From positions 109,740,001 through 109,804,000 of the forward strand of contig OZ024742.1 in the NCBI GenBank assembly GCA_964016885.1: DNA of 64,000 nucleotides. The letters run 5' to 3'. This document shows positions 29,112 through 42,706 of this stretch, piece by piece; within the stretch, counting starts at the first letter, position 1; every line of letters begins with the position of its first letter. The DNA is from Eledone cirrhosa. Taxonomy: Eukaryota. A model generated the notes under the pieces. The model worked only from the letters and a program-made list of their open reading frames with translations, was not told the DNA's origin and searched no databases. A program made the translations under genes and the position numbers.

Positions 29112-30205
29112 TATATATGAATATATACATCATCATCATCATTGTCATTTTAATGTTCGCTTTCCTGCTAGCAAGGGTTGAATGGGTCTACATAGACCAA
29201 GTCAGTACTGAAGTGGAACCACAGATCTCCCAGACAGGCCAGGGATCTGTGTCTCACTTATGTATGGTCCCACATTCCACTGAGTGCACAGGAGGGGTTG
29301 TCATGCCTTTGCCAGAATTGAGGATCCTTCCAAACCTTTGTTTGGTAAGATTTCTACGGTTGGATGCCCTTCCTATCACCAACCACTTTACAGCGTGTAC
29401 TGGGTGAATTTGTCATGTAGATCACCAATACTAGGGAGGTTATCATGTCCTTGACTTAACTGAGGGGTCCTTCCAGCTCTTTGTTTGGCAGGCTTTCAAC
29501 GACTAGATGCCCTTCATATCACCAACTACTTTACAGCATGTAGTGGGTGCATACTGTGTTTAGATATATATATATGCTGAATAAGACCCGTCCCACCCTT
29601 GCAAGCAGGGAAAAGCGGATGATGATGATACAAAGTTGCACGCTAAGTAAACAAAATATATGATATGTAAATATATATATACATTTAGTTACTTCTATTC
29701 TGTATATAAACAAATTAACTTTATCATATATAAGATTTAATGCACCTAGTGCACTCTGTAAAGTGGCTGGAATTAGGAAGGGCAGCCAGGCATAGAAACC
29801 ATGCTAAAAATAGAACTCATGAGGAAGACATGGTCCTCTGACCAGCCATGTCAACCTGTCCTACCCACAGTAAGTTTGGTTTGATTGAAGTTTTCTATTT
29901 TTAGTAAGTCAAGCAACAACATATGAGCTTTCTTTTGATGTAATGATAGACTGTAAAAGATGGTAGGTGAGAGAAGGGGAGTATGATGAGGGAGTGGCTT
30001 GTAAGTGAGGGGGGAGTGGTAGTTAAGGAGGAGTAGTGGGTGAGTGGAGAGCAGTTAGTGAGGAAGTGAGAGCAGCAGAGAAAACCTGATTATAGGCTTG
30101 ATGTTGATGGTCATCCTCCAGCACATATTGAGAAGCTGATGATAACAACAGAAATGCATGGGGAGTGGAGAAGCAGGGTTATATCTAACGTCATGCTGTT
30201 CTTAC

Positions 30206-30374
30206 CTGAGACTCTAAATACAATTTCATATCCCCCCACCTCGGGTTGTGAGGGTTTTTTCTCACAATAAATTTCAACTTTGGTTCTCGTTTGTCCAGAT
30301 CAACATCGCTTAGTAAATATTTCGTCTTGGCATCTGTTTTAGTAATCAGGTTGTGTTTTTCATCGTTCTCTTCT
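30206..30374 (-). CDS. XPA: XPA exon 5, DNA-binding domain
   Basis: [51 protein letters not shown]; AG/GTAAG boundaries. Confidence 0.97.
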
Positions 30375-30602
30375 CTGAATAACATGGAAATGCAATACAT
30401 ATAGTTGCTACTATGAAAAGTTGCTGAATAAGGAGAAAAAAAAACTGCCCAAAGTCCCTTGTGTTCAACACTGATTTACATAGTCTCCCTTGTCAATCTC
30501 ACTGTCAAAAATACGGTGAAGCAGTGATTGGTTCATGGGAAATCTGTAATCAATGATGCTGTTGTCCACTAATTATTGAAATATAAAATCAATAAATCTT
30601 AC

Positions 30603-30711
30603 CGACATGAATCGCAGATTAAACAATCAAACTTTTTCAACAAATAAGACTCTATAAACTTTTGATGACAATCTTCACAGATATAGGTACCTCCAATTAG
30701 TAAAGATGGAC
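30603..30711 (-). CDS. XPA: XPA exon 4, C4 zinc finger
   Basis: ICEDCHQKFIESYLLKKFDCLICDSCR; AG/GTAAG boundaries, phase 1 to 2. Confidence 0.95.
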
Positions 30712-31166
30712 CTACAGGAAAAACAAGAGAAAAAGTGTCTACATTTGTGTCTGTGTCTGTGTTTATGACCTGTAACTTAATGGTTCAACAAAAATAGATT
30801 GAGACAATACATACCAGACTTGAAAAAATAAGTACTGCAGTTGATATAAATGACTAAATCCTTTAAAGGCAATGTCTCAGCATGGTTACAGACTAATAAC
30901 TGAAACCAGCAAAAGAGTAAAAGAATACAAGCATTTATAGGCCATTTTCTCTGCTTGGGCAGCCCCATGAAAGGTAGAGACACAAAAATGATTGACCAGA
31001 GATTAACCAGTGTTTGACAGGTGACTGACAAGTAATTGACGAGTGGTTTGTAATATACTAATGAAGAGTTATCTATTAACCCTTTCAATACCAAACCACT
31101 GGAAACCATCCTTGGTTTATGATAAAGTATTTATATACACCTAAGAAGCTTACATCATACTTCTAT

Positions 31167-31676
31167 AATAATAATAATAATAATGAAATTATTGTGTAAA
31201 GTGCTCAGGTGCACTACAACTCGTCAAAGGTGTATGTATAGTACATAGAATAATACACAAATGTCAGGGAAGTACATGTGTGTATGTGTTAGCTGTAGTG
31301 TTGGCGGATCTCGGGAAGCATGGAGGCCTTAAAGGATGCAGTGTCTCGACAGCTAACAACTGATGCAGGTAGTTTGTTCCATGCTTCAGCAACTCTGAGC
31401 GTGAAAAAATATTTCAGAAAATCATAGGAACTGTGCTGTTTTCTTACTTTGTGGGCATGTCCACGTGTGTTAGACACATGGAAATCAAAAAGGTACTCAG
31501 GGTTGTTGTTGGCAACATGGTTAACAATTTTGTGGGTGTTTACCAAGTCAGTTGCCAGGCGTCGGAGTTCAATGTATCCATGCCCAGGGAAGCAAGGCGC
31601 TCAGAGTATGGTAGATGCCTGATGGAGGGTATTCGCTTGGTTGCACATCTCTGAACAGTTTCCAGGCGGTCAATGT
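31167..31676 (-). mobile_element. CR1-group LINE 3' fragment with (ATT)n tail, inserted in a piggyBac-type MITE
   Basis: TRGHAHK..FFTLRVAEAWNKLP; closely matches 39815-40360. Confidence 0.9.
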
Positions 31677-31917
31677 AAGAACATTTATGAAGTTATGTTT
31701 CAAACACCAGTACAATAATGAGAAAGTTAGTTATATTACTAAATCCCTTCAAATATAGAAATACAGTAATGAAAAGGTTAAACAGATTGTGTCCCCTAGC
31801 GTCTTTTCTTACAGTGGGTGGAATGAATTGTGAGAGTGTACGGCTAGAGAATGAGAAAACAAACATAGAAACACCCAAGCACCATAGTTTTAAAAACCTT
31901 TCCACTCTCCACCTTAC

Positions 31918-32033
31918 CTTCTTCATAGATGACTTTTTGATTCTTCAGATTTTTTTCTTGCTCTTCATCTAAGAAAAATCCTGCTCCAGTATCAATTTCA
32001 CTGTTGCAAACCTTCATTATACTCTGGCTACCT
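31918..32033 (-). CDS. XPA: XPA exon 3, ERCC1-binding motif
   Basis: EIDTGAGFFLDEEQEK (compare human DTGGGFILEEEEE); AG/GTAAG boundaries. Confidence 0.93.
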
Positions 32034-32539
32034 CTGTAACATGGAGATCAAAATAATATCAATATTTTTTTTATCATTGATTTGTATTAAGAAGACTCTT
32101 TCCACACCTGGTATCAGGAAATCATCTGGGGCCTCATCTCTTGCAAGGTGGAGAGAATATGTTGAACACTGACAACGATGAAGGCCAACAGACCTGATAT
32201 AATTGTGTAGGACCGTAAAAAGAAAACATGCTTCCTATTTTCAAAATTAATTAAAAATTATAGGTAGTGTTTTTCATTAGAAATATCATAAAAAAAACTT
32301 TAATGGCTTATATTAATCTAAAACCTTCCATTATAATCATATATAAGAAATTTTGTTACTATGTTCCAAACATCAGCTTAATAATGAGAGATTCTGTTAT
32401 ATTACTAGATCCCTTTAAAGACTTAGTTATTTTCAGAATTGATTGAAAATTATAGGCAATGTCTTTCATTAAAAATATGGGTATAAAAGGCAATATCTTT
32501 CGTTAGAATTATGGTAATCAAAGGGTTAAAATTACTAAC

Positions 32540-32711
32540 TGTTTTGAATAAGGTTTACTGTTGAGTCTTGCTTGTCTAAGCATCAGAGCCCTCTGTCGGT
32601 TACGTTCAATTCGGGCACACATGGCAGCAGATAGCGGTTTCTCTGAGTGTTCCACAAGTTCTTCATCTGGAATATTGTCATCTGGAATGTCATCTTCAGT
32701 TTCAGTATGGA
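32540..32711 (-). CDS. XPA: XPA exon 2
   Basis: LSAAMCARIERNRQRALMLRQARLNSKPY, the typical XPA N-terminal helix; phase 1 to 2. Confidence 0.93.
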
Positions 32712-34879
32712 CTAAAAAAAACAACACAAAACAAACTTAGAAATCAAAACCTATTGACCGCACCAACATTAGGGGTTTTATGACCACTTCACATTAAAAA
32801 TAAGTCTTTGGTTTATTGCAAATTTTCACAGCAATCTCTCTACTAGTAAAGATACTATAAACATTTGAATTAACAAACTAGTTTTTAGATATTTTCTGCT
32901 AAATCATTACATGTGTATCCTGACTTTTAGAATAGGTACACCATATGGGGGCAACAAAAATAGTTGGCATCAGGAAGCGTATCACACCATACGACACTGC
33001 TTCAAAAAGTTCCATCCAACCCATGCCAGCATGGAAAAGCAGTCATAAAAACAATGATGATGGGACACCAGCATGTGTTTACTGTAAACCAAATAATCTC
33101 ATAGAATATCAATTGGGAATTCTTTTTTTTATGGGCGTGGGATGACAAATCGTCCCACGCCCATAAAAAAAAGAATTTTCTCACAATATAAGTGCACTCA
33201 TACAAACAAAGCCACACTATATACCGTGGGTCCCCATCTTACACAGTTTTAATTAGTGCAGTTTTGAACATAGGTTTCCAGGGTTTGGGGAGTTCTTTTA
33301 ATATTCAGAAAAGTTGTAAAAACTCTTAACATCTTGTTCTGCACAAAACCGGCATTACCTAACATAAGGGAGAAAACTCTAACACCAACTACTGACATAC
33401 TTTTCTTGAGTTTGTTTAACCTCCAGAGAACCAGACGTTATACCTCCTCCAAAACATCGATGTACATAGACTCCTTTATATCCACAAACACAACAAGCCA
33501 CACCTTCACAAACTGATGGGGCCTCCAAACAATTAGTATATATAAATGTATATCCGGTTTAGAACAGGTACACCATATCCTTGTGTCGTAAGAAGCGTTT
33601 AAAGGAGTTGGTGTTATGAATGCCATCTGACGTTAAATATTGCTGCAAAAAGTCCCACCCAACCCATGCCAGCAAGGATAAGTCAAAATAAATACAATGA
33701 TGATGAAAATAAGATTTCAATGTTTGTGAGATCTTTTGGTGTCATTTTTTTAACAAGGGAGCTCAAAAAACTTGATCCAGCCTTAGGTCACACCAAAACT
33801 AAATCCAAGGTATTTTTACCTTCTTTTTTTTGTGGGGGGGGGGTCTAAATTAGGGACCTCATTAAACACATACAATGCATACATAAATATCATAGCATGT
33901 GTATTTTTTAGAAATAGTATATAATTTTGAGGTGAGCTGGTAAGGTTTTTTTAATGCCCTATAGTATTTGTTCTGGCTCTCTACAGACTGAATTCAAATC
34001 TCACCAGTCAACTTTGCCTTTCATCCATTTGAATGTCAATAAATAAAGATCCAGTCGAGAGTGGGGTATTTGTGGAGCTGCTAGATCAGTCAGGGTAATG
34101 TGCCTTGTGTGTTGGATCCAACAATAATGTATTTTGAGAACTGGATTGGCAAACTTTTCATCAATGTTCCTTAGATATCTGCCTTCCCTTTTTTAAAACT
34201 CGTTTTTAAAAATGTTTAACCATTTCATTGCCATAATTCTAATGAGAGACAATATCTATGATTTTGAAAATAATCAAGAATTTGGAGGGATTTAATAGGA
34301 TAATTAACATTCTCACTATTAAGTTGATGTTTTGAATATAATTCAATGAAGGTTCTTACATAGAATTGATGGAATTTCTTTTGATAAATAAACTGTAAAA
34401 TAAACCATTTAGTATCATAAAACCCGGGGCAGTATCAGGTGGTTTGGTATCAAAAGGGTTTAAAAAAAACTATTTACTAAGTAGTGAGGTAATCCTATAT
34501 TGAAGTGAAAATCAGCTAATTTAATGTACTGGATACTGTGATAGTAATTAAAGAATTGAATGTAAAAAAACAAAATCTAACCAAAGTGAACAATATGTAG
34601 TTAACATAACATATAAAACTCATTTACAGAATTATATATATACACACACATATATATACATATCATTATCATAATCATCATCATTGTTTTAACATCTGCT
34701 TTCCCTACCAACAAGGATTGGACGGGTCCACACAGACCGAATCAGTACTGAAGCAGGATCACAGATCTTTCAGATCACCAACACTAGGGAGGCTGTCATA
34801 CCCTTTACATGACTGAGGGGTTCACCTAACCCTTTGTTTAACAAGCTGATACATTGGCCTCAGTCTCTAGTTTAATTGG

Positions 34880-35820
34880 CATTGCTGGCATTTTTCATTG
34901 TTGACCTCCAGTCATGCCCTCATCAACAAGGTTCTCCACAACACATCAGAGCCTACTGTGATCAGGAACTTGAAGCAGCCTACATAACTTGAAGCCAACT
35001 TAATCTCAATCCTCCAGACGCTCAATCTCCTTTCCATTCTGTGGTCATCCAGTCTCCCCAAAGTAACTGGGATGCAGTCCAGTGAAACAGAGCTTCAGAT
35101 AGCTTTGTGCACTTGCTTGACCAGCACAGTCTGGTATGTTTCTGCTTTGCCTCCTAACCCCATAGCAGTGCCTAGCTAACTGCCATACCCTAGCTAATAA
35201 TTGGTACTCAGCTGGACTGTGATTGTCTATGCATGGGTGTTTCCCAGAGGCGGAGTCTCTGGATCTGCAAGCATCAAATGCTGTTGTGGATCCACAGTAG
35301 ACACTTTCTGCCTTCACCTAATGTCATTCTGTCAGTGAGTGTTGCCTACCATGCTATACTGCTCTCAATGAGATCATTAAGAATGGATTACATGCCACTG
35401 GCTATCCGTTGCAGCTTGAACCAATGAAGTTAGATCAAGGAGACAGCAAAAGGCCAGATGGCATCACAATTTTCTTTTTCTGCAGTGGTACATCTTTCAC
35501 CTGAGTTGCGACATGTAATGACAGATTCTCTAGCAGCTACTTTGTGCATTTGGCGATAGGTCTAGATTTCGTTACCTGACAGGCTGAAGTTCGCAAGCTC
35601 TTGAAGTATTGGCCGTTTACCAACAGATTTGTTGTTGAACCTATTGCAATGGAAACTTCTGGCGTTTGGAGTCCCTAAACCATCTACCTACTCACTGATG
35701 TCAGGATGAAGTAGACCACCAGAAGTGGACCAAGCAAGTTGGAATCTGTATTTCAACACTTTCACTCGCAATCATCTGGAGTAACACTTTGTCCATTCAG
35801 GCAGCTGGACCTATGAGACA
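34880..35820 (+). mobile_element. Decayed CRE-like non-LTR retrotransposon, restriction-like endonuclease region
   Basis: DSKRPDGITIF and FVVEPIAMETSGVW remnants; same domain as 62027-62521. Confidence 0.65.
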
Positions 35821-35927
35821 GCTTGTGCTGGGATTCTGTACGTCAGAAAGCGTTCTCCTACATTGTCAGGAAAATGTATCACTCATGTAAGGATAATAAA
35901 TTATTAACAGAAAGAGTACAAACAGTT

Positions 35928-35999
<72 letters not shown>

Positions 36000-37080
36000 T
36001 CCTTGAGTTGTCTCCCTTGAGGAACAAAAACAAATTTGTGAATTATATATGAATTTGATTACATAAATGTCATTCATATCATTCATATATAATATAAACA
36101 TTGAACAGCCATAATATTGCAGAAAGTTGGTATTCTTAATTTTACGGTTTGAAATAATTGCACGTTTTTTTTTTACGTATAGTTTATATTGAAATGTTCT
36201 TAAAGACAGACTATAGTACTGACTATGAGTAAATTAAAACTAATATTTATAATTAGCGTCTTCCACCTCCAACTCGGTAATATTAACTAAAACTGGGGGA
36301 TAACGTCCGATAAATCCCGTAAGTGTAAATGACAATTTTTATATTACTGTTATCAACATAATCATAATCTACACGTTCGAAGGTGTATCTTGGCAAAAAA
36401 AATAAGCATTAAGTTATGAGAAAACAGTCTTGTGGAGGCATAATTGTAATTATGTCTTGTACAGACAACATAATTACAGAGTAGTGACTCAACCTGACTT
36501 TCTTAATAATGAATATTTTGCAGATAAATTTTTCAATGTGCTGATTACTCTTTAAATATTTTATTCTTTTAGTGGTTTCAGTCATTAGACTGGGGTCATG
36601 CTGGGGCACCCATCCTGATTTAGTTGATCATATCGACCCGAGCACTTATTTCACTGATCTCTTTTTTTGTCGAACCGCTAGTTTACAGGAAATAAACAAA
36701 CATAGTGACATGACTGACAAACATATACATACATACACACACGACGGGTTTCTAGTTTCCGTCAACCAAGTACCACTTGTAAGACATTGGTCAACTGGGG
36801 ACTATAGTACAAGACACTGTTTATAATGTTTTTTTTATTATTATTATTAATTTCAGTCACGGAAATTACCGGAATTTGTTTGTGATGTTAAAACGAAGGA
36901 TTGCCGATAAATTTATGATAATTGTTAAATTGAGTGAAGTTGACGATGGAATATTATATAATTGTTTCTACTTTTGGCACAAGGCCAGCAATTATCCTAG
37001 TGCATTACTGGTATTTTATTTTATGGACCACTGTAAGGATAAAATAATATTATGTAATATTGTTAATGCTGTTTACATAC

Positions 37081-37105
37081 CAGCAGCAGGGTGCGAAGAC
37101 GCCAT
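37081..37105 (-). CDS. XPA: XPA exon 1, coding part (MASSHPAA)
   Basis: AAGATGGCG start context and GTATGT donor in phase 1, matching exon 2. Short, so less certain. Confidence 0.75.
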
Positions 37106-38131
37106 CTTGAAAAGTAATTCTGTACTCAAAACTGCTACCTAACACCTTCCTCGCACTAGTACAACTCTCCTAGCAAAGGAGGAATTGCCGGGAAGGGAGC
37201 TCCGTCGATTTCGACGATGAGTGTTCCAGTTGTTCGATCAACAGAACAGCCTTCTTGTAAAATTAACGTGCAGGTTTATGAACATTCCATAGACACGTGT
37301 ACTTTTAACGTAATTCTCAAGTTTTTAAAATTTACTGCTGGAAATGCAGTGGATTAATATGTAGGATCATGAAATATATTCATACTATAGCCCTCTTTAA
37401 TACTATTTCTATTAATTTTTTCAATAAAGTAAAAACCATTCTCAAGGAGATAGAGCGTAATACAGCGTTTGATAAAGTTAGCCTTTTGAATTATAAGTAA
37501 AGTCTATCCGACTGGCTTCCACGCAGTTGCTGTCTATCCAATTTCACTCGACCCGATGCAGTGGGATTGAACTTGGAATCTTATTACTGCGAAACGGACG
37601 ATTTAACCATTCGGCCATGCAGCGTCCACTACAAAGAATATAATTACATTTCCATCTAAGATGTGTAATTGATACATATACTGTATAAGATACCAGTACT
37701 TGACTGATTCCTTATCTTATCAGCCACCTCCATCTGGAAGGACGAAAGGTAAATTTGACTTTGTACACGCACTCTCTTTTAGCCATTAGACTGCACCTAT
37801 GTTAGGGCACCTCCTTGAAAGTGTTTGTCAACCGAATCGGTTTCTGGTACTTGCTTTAACGATGTCATTTTGACGAACCATTAAGTTACTGGGCAAGGAC
37901 ACGTGCGTGTGTATATATGTATGTATTTACGGCGGGGAGATCTCACACCCACTTTGGGGTAGGTGAGAGATGTCTTCTCTTGTGAAAATGGGTATAGCTT
38001 TCATTATGTAAAATCTCCCCATTTTGCCTCATTTCGGGACACTTTTGGCACTGGTTTGTTTTTGTCTGTCAGCAAGCGGTGAACCCCGCCTATAGTTCCT
38101 CCCGTCGTTTACATCCGTAAAGTGACTAAAG

Positions 38132-38358
38132 GAACGATCGACTTTCATCAAATCGGACCGAGGAAACAATGTTTCCGTTGGTCTTTCCAATTGCTAATAC
38201 TATCTATCGGTCGCAACTCCAGGTAGAAGGAGCAACGTGAAATAAAATGTCTTGCTCAAGGACATAACGCATCGCCCGGTCCAGGAATTGAACTCACAAC
38301 CTCACGATTGCGAATCCAATTCTCTAACCACTCAGCCACACGCCTTCACAAAACTAAC
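38132..38358 (-). mobile_element. SINE family B inserted in Merlin
   Basis: Flanked by the 10-bp TSD GTGACTAAAG (38122-38131 and 38359-38368). Confidence 0.85.
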
Positions 38359-39029
38359 GTGACTAAAGATTAAAACAAATGTAATATATTTACGGTTAGG
38401 GTTAAGAGACGAGCTAAACATACAGAGAATAAAAAAAATTGAACAGAGAAGATAAATATTGAGTAGCATGGATATTTATCACGAATATGTTCCAATAATT
38501 TTACAATGGCATGGATAGTGATTACAAATGTGTTCCAATAATTTGTCGAAATGTTCATCCTTAAATTCATACCGCCACATGGATTCGGTCAGATGGGAAT
38601 CAAGCAAATTTCTTGCTGTTCCTTTTTCTCTTTTGTTACGATTCTTAACATGTTTCCACAAGCATTCGATGTGGTTAGTTGTGGCAAATGTTACGGGATC
38701 AACAACATTCATAGAATTCACGGTCAAATGTTGATAGCCTAGCTGATTGAGCGTATCATAAGAGCGCCAGAGGTCCGAAATTATTGTGGTACCAGGCAAT
38801 ATACGATCTTGTATAATTGCTAAAAGCGTGTCTGCTGTGCGGTCTGCCACTGCCACTAAAATACATCTTCTGGTATCTCTTTCCAAAGTACCAAACACCT
38901 ACTGTGTTTTAACCTCCTGGCCAACATTATATTTTCTTCTGACGAAGGCGCTCTCGTCAATCTCAACAATTCGGTTTTGTGCCACATAATATTCGGCGCA
39001 TATTTCACGGCAAAAGTTACGCCAATCCG

Positions 39030-40362
39030 CTACGGCCTCCTTCGCAATACCACATTCATGCTGTGATCAACTTATCGAGTTTCTTGAAGACATCACCCGG
39101 ATCACTGATGGTGGCTCATGGGTGGATGTTGTTTACCTTGACTTTGCGAAAGCTTTCAATTCTGTGCCACACAAAAGGCTTATGACAAAACTCTCTGCAA
39201 TGGGTGTGACGGATGATCTTTTTAACTGGTTGAAGTCCTTCATTCTCAGTCGAAGAGAGGTAGTCACGGTTCTGGGACAGCATTCCTCACCATATGAGAT
39301 GTCATCTGGTGTACCACAGGGATCTGTTCTTAGCCCCCTTTTGTTTTTGCATATATTAATGACATAGATGCCAACTTAAAGAATGCCTCAGTACTAAAGT
39401 ACGCAGATGACATCAAGCTGTACCTTGAGATAAAAAGGACAGATCCTGAACACTAGATCTTGCTTGCAATCTGACCTGGACACAATGCAACAATGGATCT
39501 CAGACTGGCAACTCAAGCTAGCTGTGGACAAGTGCACCACCATGCATTTTGGGAGTAAAAACCCAGCGTCCACATACTCCCTCCACAGCACTAATATCAA
39601 TAATATCAAGAAGTCTTCTTGTGAACGTGACCTGGGCATTACGGTCAGCAGCGATTTGCGTTGGACGAAGCACGTCTCTAAAATTGTCAAGAGGGCTGAG
39701 GGTATCTTAGCATCACTCAGCAAGACCTTTGTCAGCCGCTCTCCAGCTATTTAAGGCTATGGTGCGGCCACACTTAGAATTTCCACCACCAGTCTGGAAC
39801 CCCTATCTTGCTCAGAACATTGACCGCCTGGAAACTGTTCAGAGACGTGCAACCAAGCGAATACCCTCCATCAGGCATCTACCATACTCTGAACGCCTTG
39901 CTTCCCTGGGCATGGATACATTGAAGCTCCGACGCCTGGCAACTGACTTGGTAAACACCCACAAAATTGTTAACCATCTTGCCAACAACAACCCTGAGTA
40001 CATTTTTGATTCCATGTGTCTAACACACGTGGACATGCCCACAAAGTCAGAAAACAGCACAGTTCCCATGACTTTCGGAAACATTTTTTCACGCTCAGAG
40101 TTGCTGAAGCATGGAACAAACTATCTACATCAGTTGTTAGCTGTCGAGACACTGCATCCTTTAACACCTCCATGCTTCCCGAGATTTGCCAACGCTACAC
40201 CTAATGTTCCCCCTCCATACACATACACACATGTATTTCATGACTCATACACTATTCACTTCTCTGACATTTATATATTATTCTATGTACTATACATGCA
40301 CCTTTGACGAGTTGTAGTGCACCTGAGCACTTTACACAATAATTTCATTATTATTATTATCA
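39030..40362 (+). mobile_element. 5'-truncated CR1-group LINE inserted in the Merlin transposase
   Basis: DVVYLDFAKAFNSVPH, SGVPQGSVLSPLLF, YADDIK, ERDLGITV, VRPHLE..WNPY; (ATT)n tail. Confidence 0.92.
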
Positions 40363-40556
40363 TCGATTGACCACATGCAGGGCTGTCCTTGTGAGTATTT
40401 AGAAGGCCATGTTGTTTGAGCCAATTAACGCAATCTGCTGTAGTAGCGGTAGCGACGACAATATCACGATGCGTAATTTTATTTACGCTGGGGTATAAAT
40501 TATTATTCATTTTAGTTTTCAAGTTGAACAGATGGTCAATAATTAAGACGAAAGTC

Positions 40557-40867
40557 GGCACTGGTTTGTTTTTGTCTGTCAAAAGTGAAAGTTTGCGTCT
40601 CAGCAAGCGGTGAACGCCGCCTACAGTTCCTCCCGTTATATCCGTAAAGTGACTAAAGATTAAAACAAATGTAATATATTTACGATTAGGGTTAGGGTTG
40701 CGGTTAGGGACGAGCTAAACATACAGAGAATAAAAAAAATTGAACAGAGAAGAAAAATATTGTGATTTCACTTTACGGATATAAACGACGGGAGGAGCTA
40801 TAGGCAGGGTTCACCGCTTGCTGAGACGCAAACTTTCACTTTTGACAGACAAAAACAAACCAGTGCC
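40557..40867. mobile_element. Merlin-derived MITE
   Basis: About 95-bp TIRs (GGCACTGGTTTGTTTTTGTCTGTCAAAAGTG...) and a perfect 8-bp TSD CGAAAGTC (40549-40556 and 40868-40875). Confidence 0.92.
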
Positions 40868-41018
40868 CGAAAGTCTATTTTTCATACAATGTACAATTCC
40901 ATGTATTATATCTTTCACTTTCATTTGATTTACGGGAGAAACTATTGACAGGGTTCGCCGCTTGCTGAGACGCAAACTGGGGTTTGGGTTTTTAGAGGTT
41001 GGCAGGTCTGGTATATAC

Positions 41019-41049
<31 letters not shown>

Positions 41050-41390
41050 AGGCGGCGAATTGGCAGAGTTCTTAGAACGATGGATAGAATGCTTTGCGGT
41101 ATTCGCTTTGACTCTGCTCTCTGAGTTCAAATCCTGCAGAGGTAAACTTTGCCTTTCATCCTTTCGCGGTCGATAAAAAAAAGTACCTGTCTAGTACTGG
41201 ACTCGATTCTTCCTCTATATCTCTTTCTCACCTTTTTTCAATCTCTCTAGCCTTCTCTCGGGAGGAAATGGGCTCTACCAGGTTTTAAAATGCCCTAAAA
41301 ATGCTGTATGTTAATACGGCACCCCTATGACTCTCTCGGGAGTACGGGACCATGCATGGATATAAGTATATATATATATATATATATATA

Positions 41391-42404
41391 CTAGCATTAA
41401 AGCCGGCGTTGCTCGGGGTCAGTAAGTTACCAAAGTTAGGTTGCACCACCCATTTTATGCCAGCTCTTTTTGTCTGCCAGGCACTGGGTGAATGAATTGC
41501 AGACCTGGACTGCCGAAGCATGAGCTGCACCAGCAGTGACAATTGTAATTTCGCCTATGGATATTATCTCTGTGCAAAGAAGTGTTGAAATTTATTGTTT
41601 CACAGTACTTGCGCAACACGCGCGTAGACGATGCCAGCCGAACAACAGAGCTGCGATGGAGTTGTTCTGCATGGTTGTCTAATGTGTGTTTTCTAAATTG
41701 AAGACAGTAGGGAGGGGTGTGATATGGGGAAAGTTAGCTGCTGTTTCTAGCAGGTTTAGTGACCTCATAGAGGATATGTTTCCTAAATTTAAGACAGTAG
41801 GGAGGGTGTGATATGGGGGAGATTTAGCTGATGTTTCTAGCAGGTTTAGTGACCTCATAGAGGATATTATTGTGTATAGTAAATGAACTGATACTTCTTT
41901 CTTCCACGTTCGTTGATAGATGTTTTAAAAAAGATTTATCGCTATTTTTTTTGTTGTTGAATAAATTTTATCTGTTGCTTTTGAATAATTGTTGTTTCGT
42001 ATGAAATGTAATAAGTTCTCTTTGTCATTGAAGTAAATAAATGTTTGACCGTTCCACACTCAAAAACAAACGTTCCCTCTCTCTCTCTCCCTCTCACTCT
42101 CTTAAAGTTTGTAAGTTTAATCGTATATAATAGAAAGTTGCAGCATGTATGTAGTTTTATCGAATTTTAAGGGGAGTTAAGAGAGTAAATCAGATTGTAT
42201 TAGAAGGGTAAAGCGTCATGTATTTAGTTTTATCGATTATTTCCGTAATTGTTGGTGAGTTTGAATGAAATAAATAGTGGTTGACCTAAGTTAGACCATT
42301 TACAACATTCTAACATACTTTGAGTCGAATCGGTTTGAAATTGTGCAAATGTATAAACATGGAACATGCACACACACACACAACAACAATCTGCCTTTTA
42401 TAGA
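41391..42404 (-). mobile_element. Non-autonomous Helitron
   Basis: Minus strand reads A|TCTATAAAAGG..(GT)n...CCGAGCAACGCCGG hairpin..CTAG|T. Confidence 0.75.
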
Positions 42405-42617
42405 TAATGATATGCTGCAAAATCAAAACAAGATATTTTTGCGAGCAATGAACCTTGATGTGGATTTAACCCCAAAAACTCTTTCCGAGCAATATAAGGA
42501 ACACTTGTGATTATTTATGCCCTTGAGAAGCCCAACTGGGCGATACGAAGGTGATATTTTAAATAAACATGTTTTAACGGTCTATTCTCCGATTTTTTAC
42601 TTTTTTACTTTCCCACG

Positions 42618-42699
<82 letters not shown>

Positions 42700-42706
<7 letters not shown>

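Larger units (their letters stand above)
38047..40978 (-). mobile_element. Merlin (IS1595/ISXO2-like) DNA transposon, disrupted by nested insertions
   Basis: Transposase remnants DWRNFCREIC, EIDES, FGTLERDT..ILPGTTIISDLWRSY..HLTVN..TNHIECLW (38479-39030) and N-terminus WLKQHGLL..PACG (40365-40520). TIR GGCACTGGTTTG at 38047; partial opposite TIR at about 40950-40978. Confidence 0.85.

Noticed and set aside
38479-38898. Bacterial IS1595 contamination or horizontal transfer
   Set aside because: Eukaryotic Merlin elements share this transposase, and this copy is interleaved with host SINE and LINE insertions.
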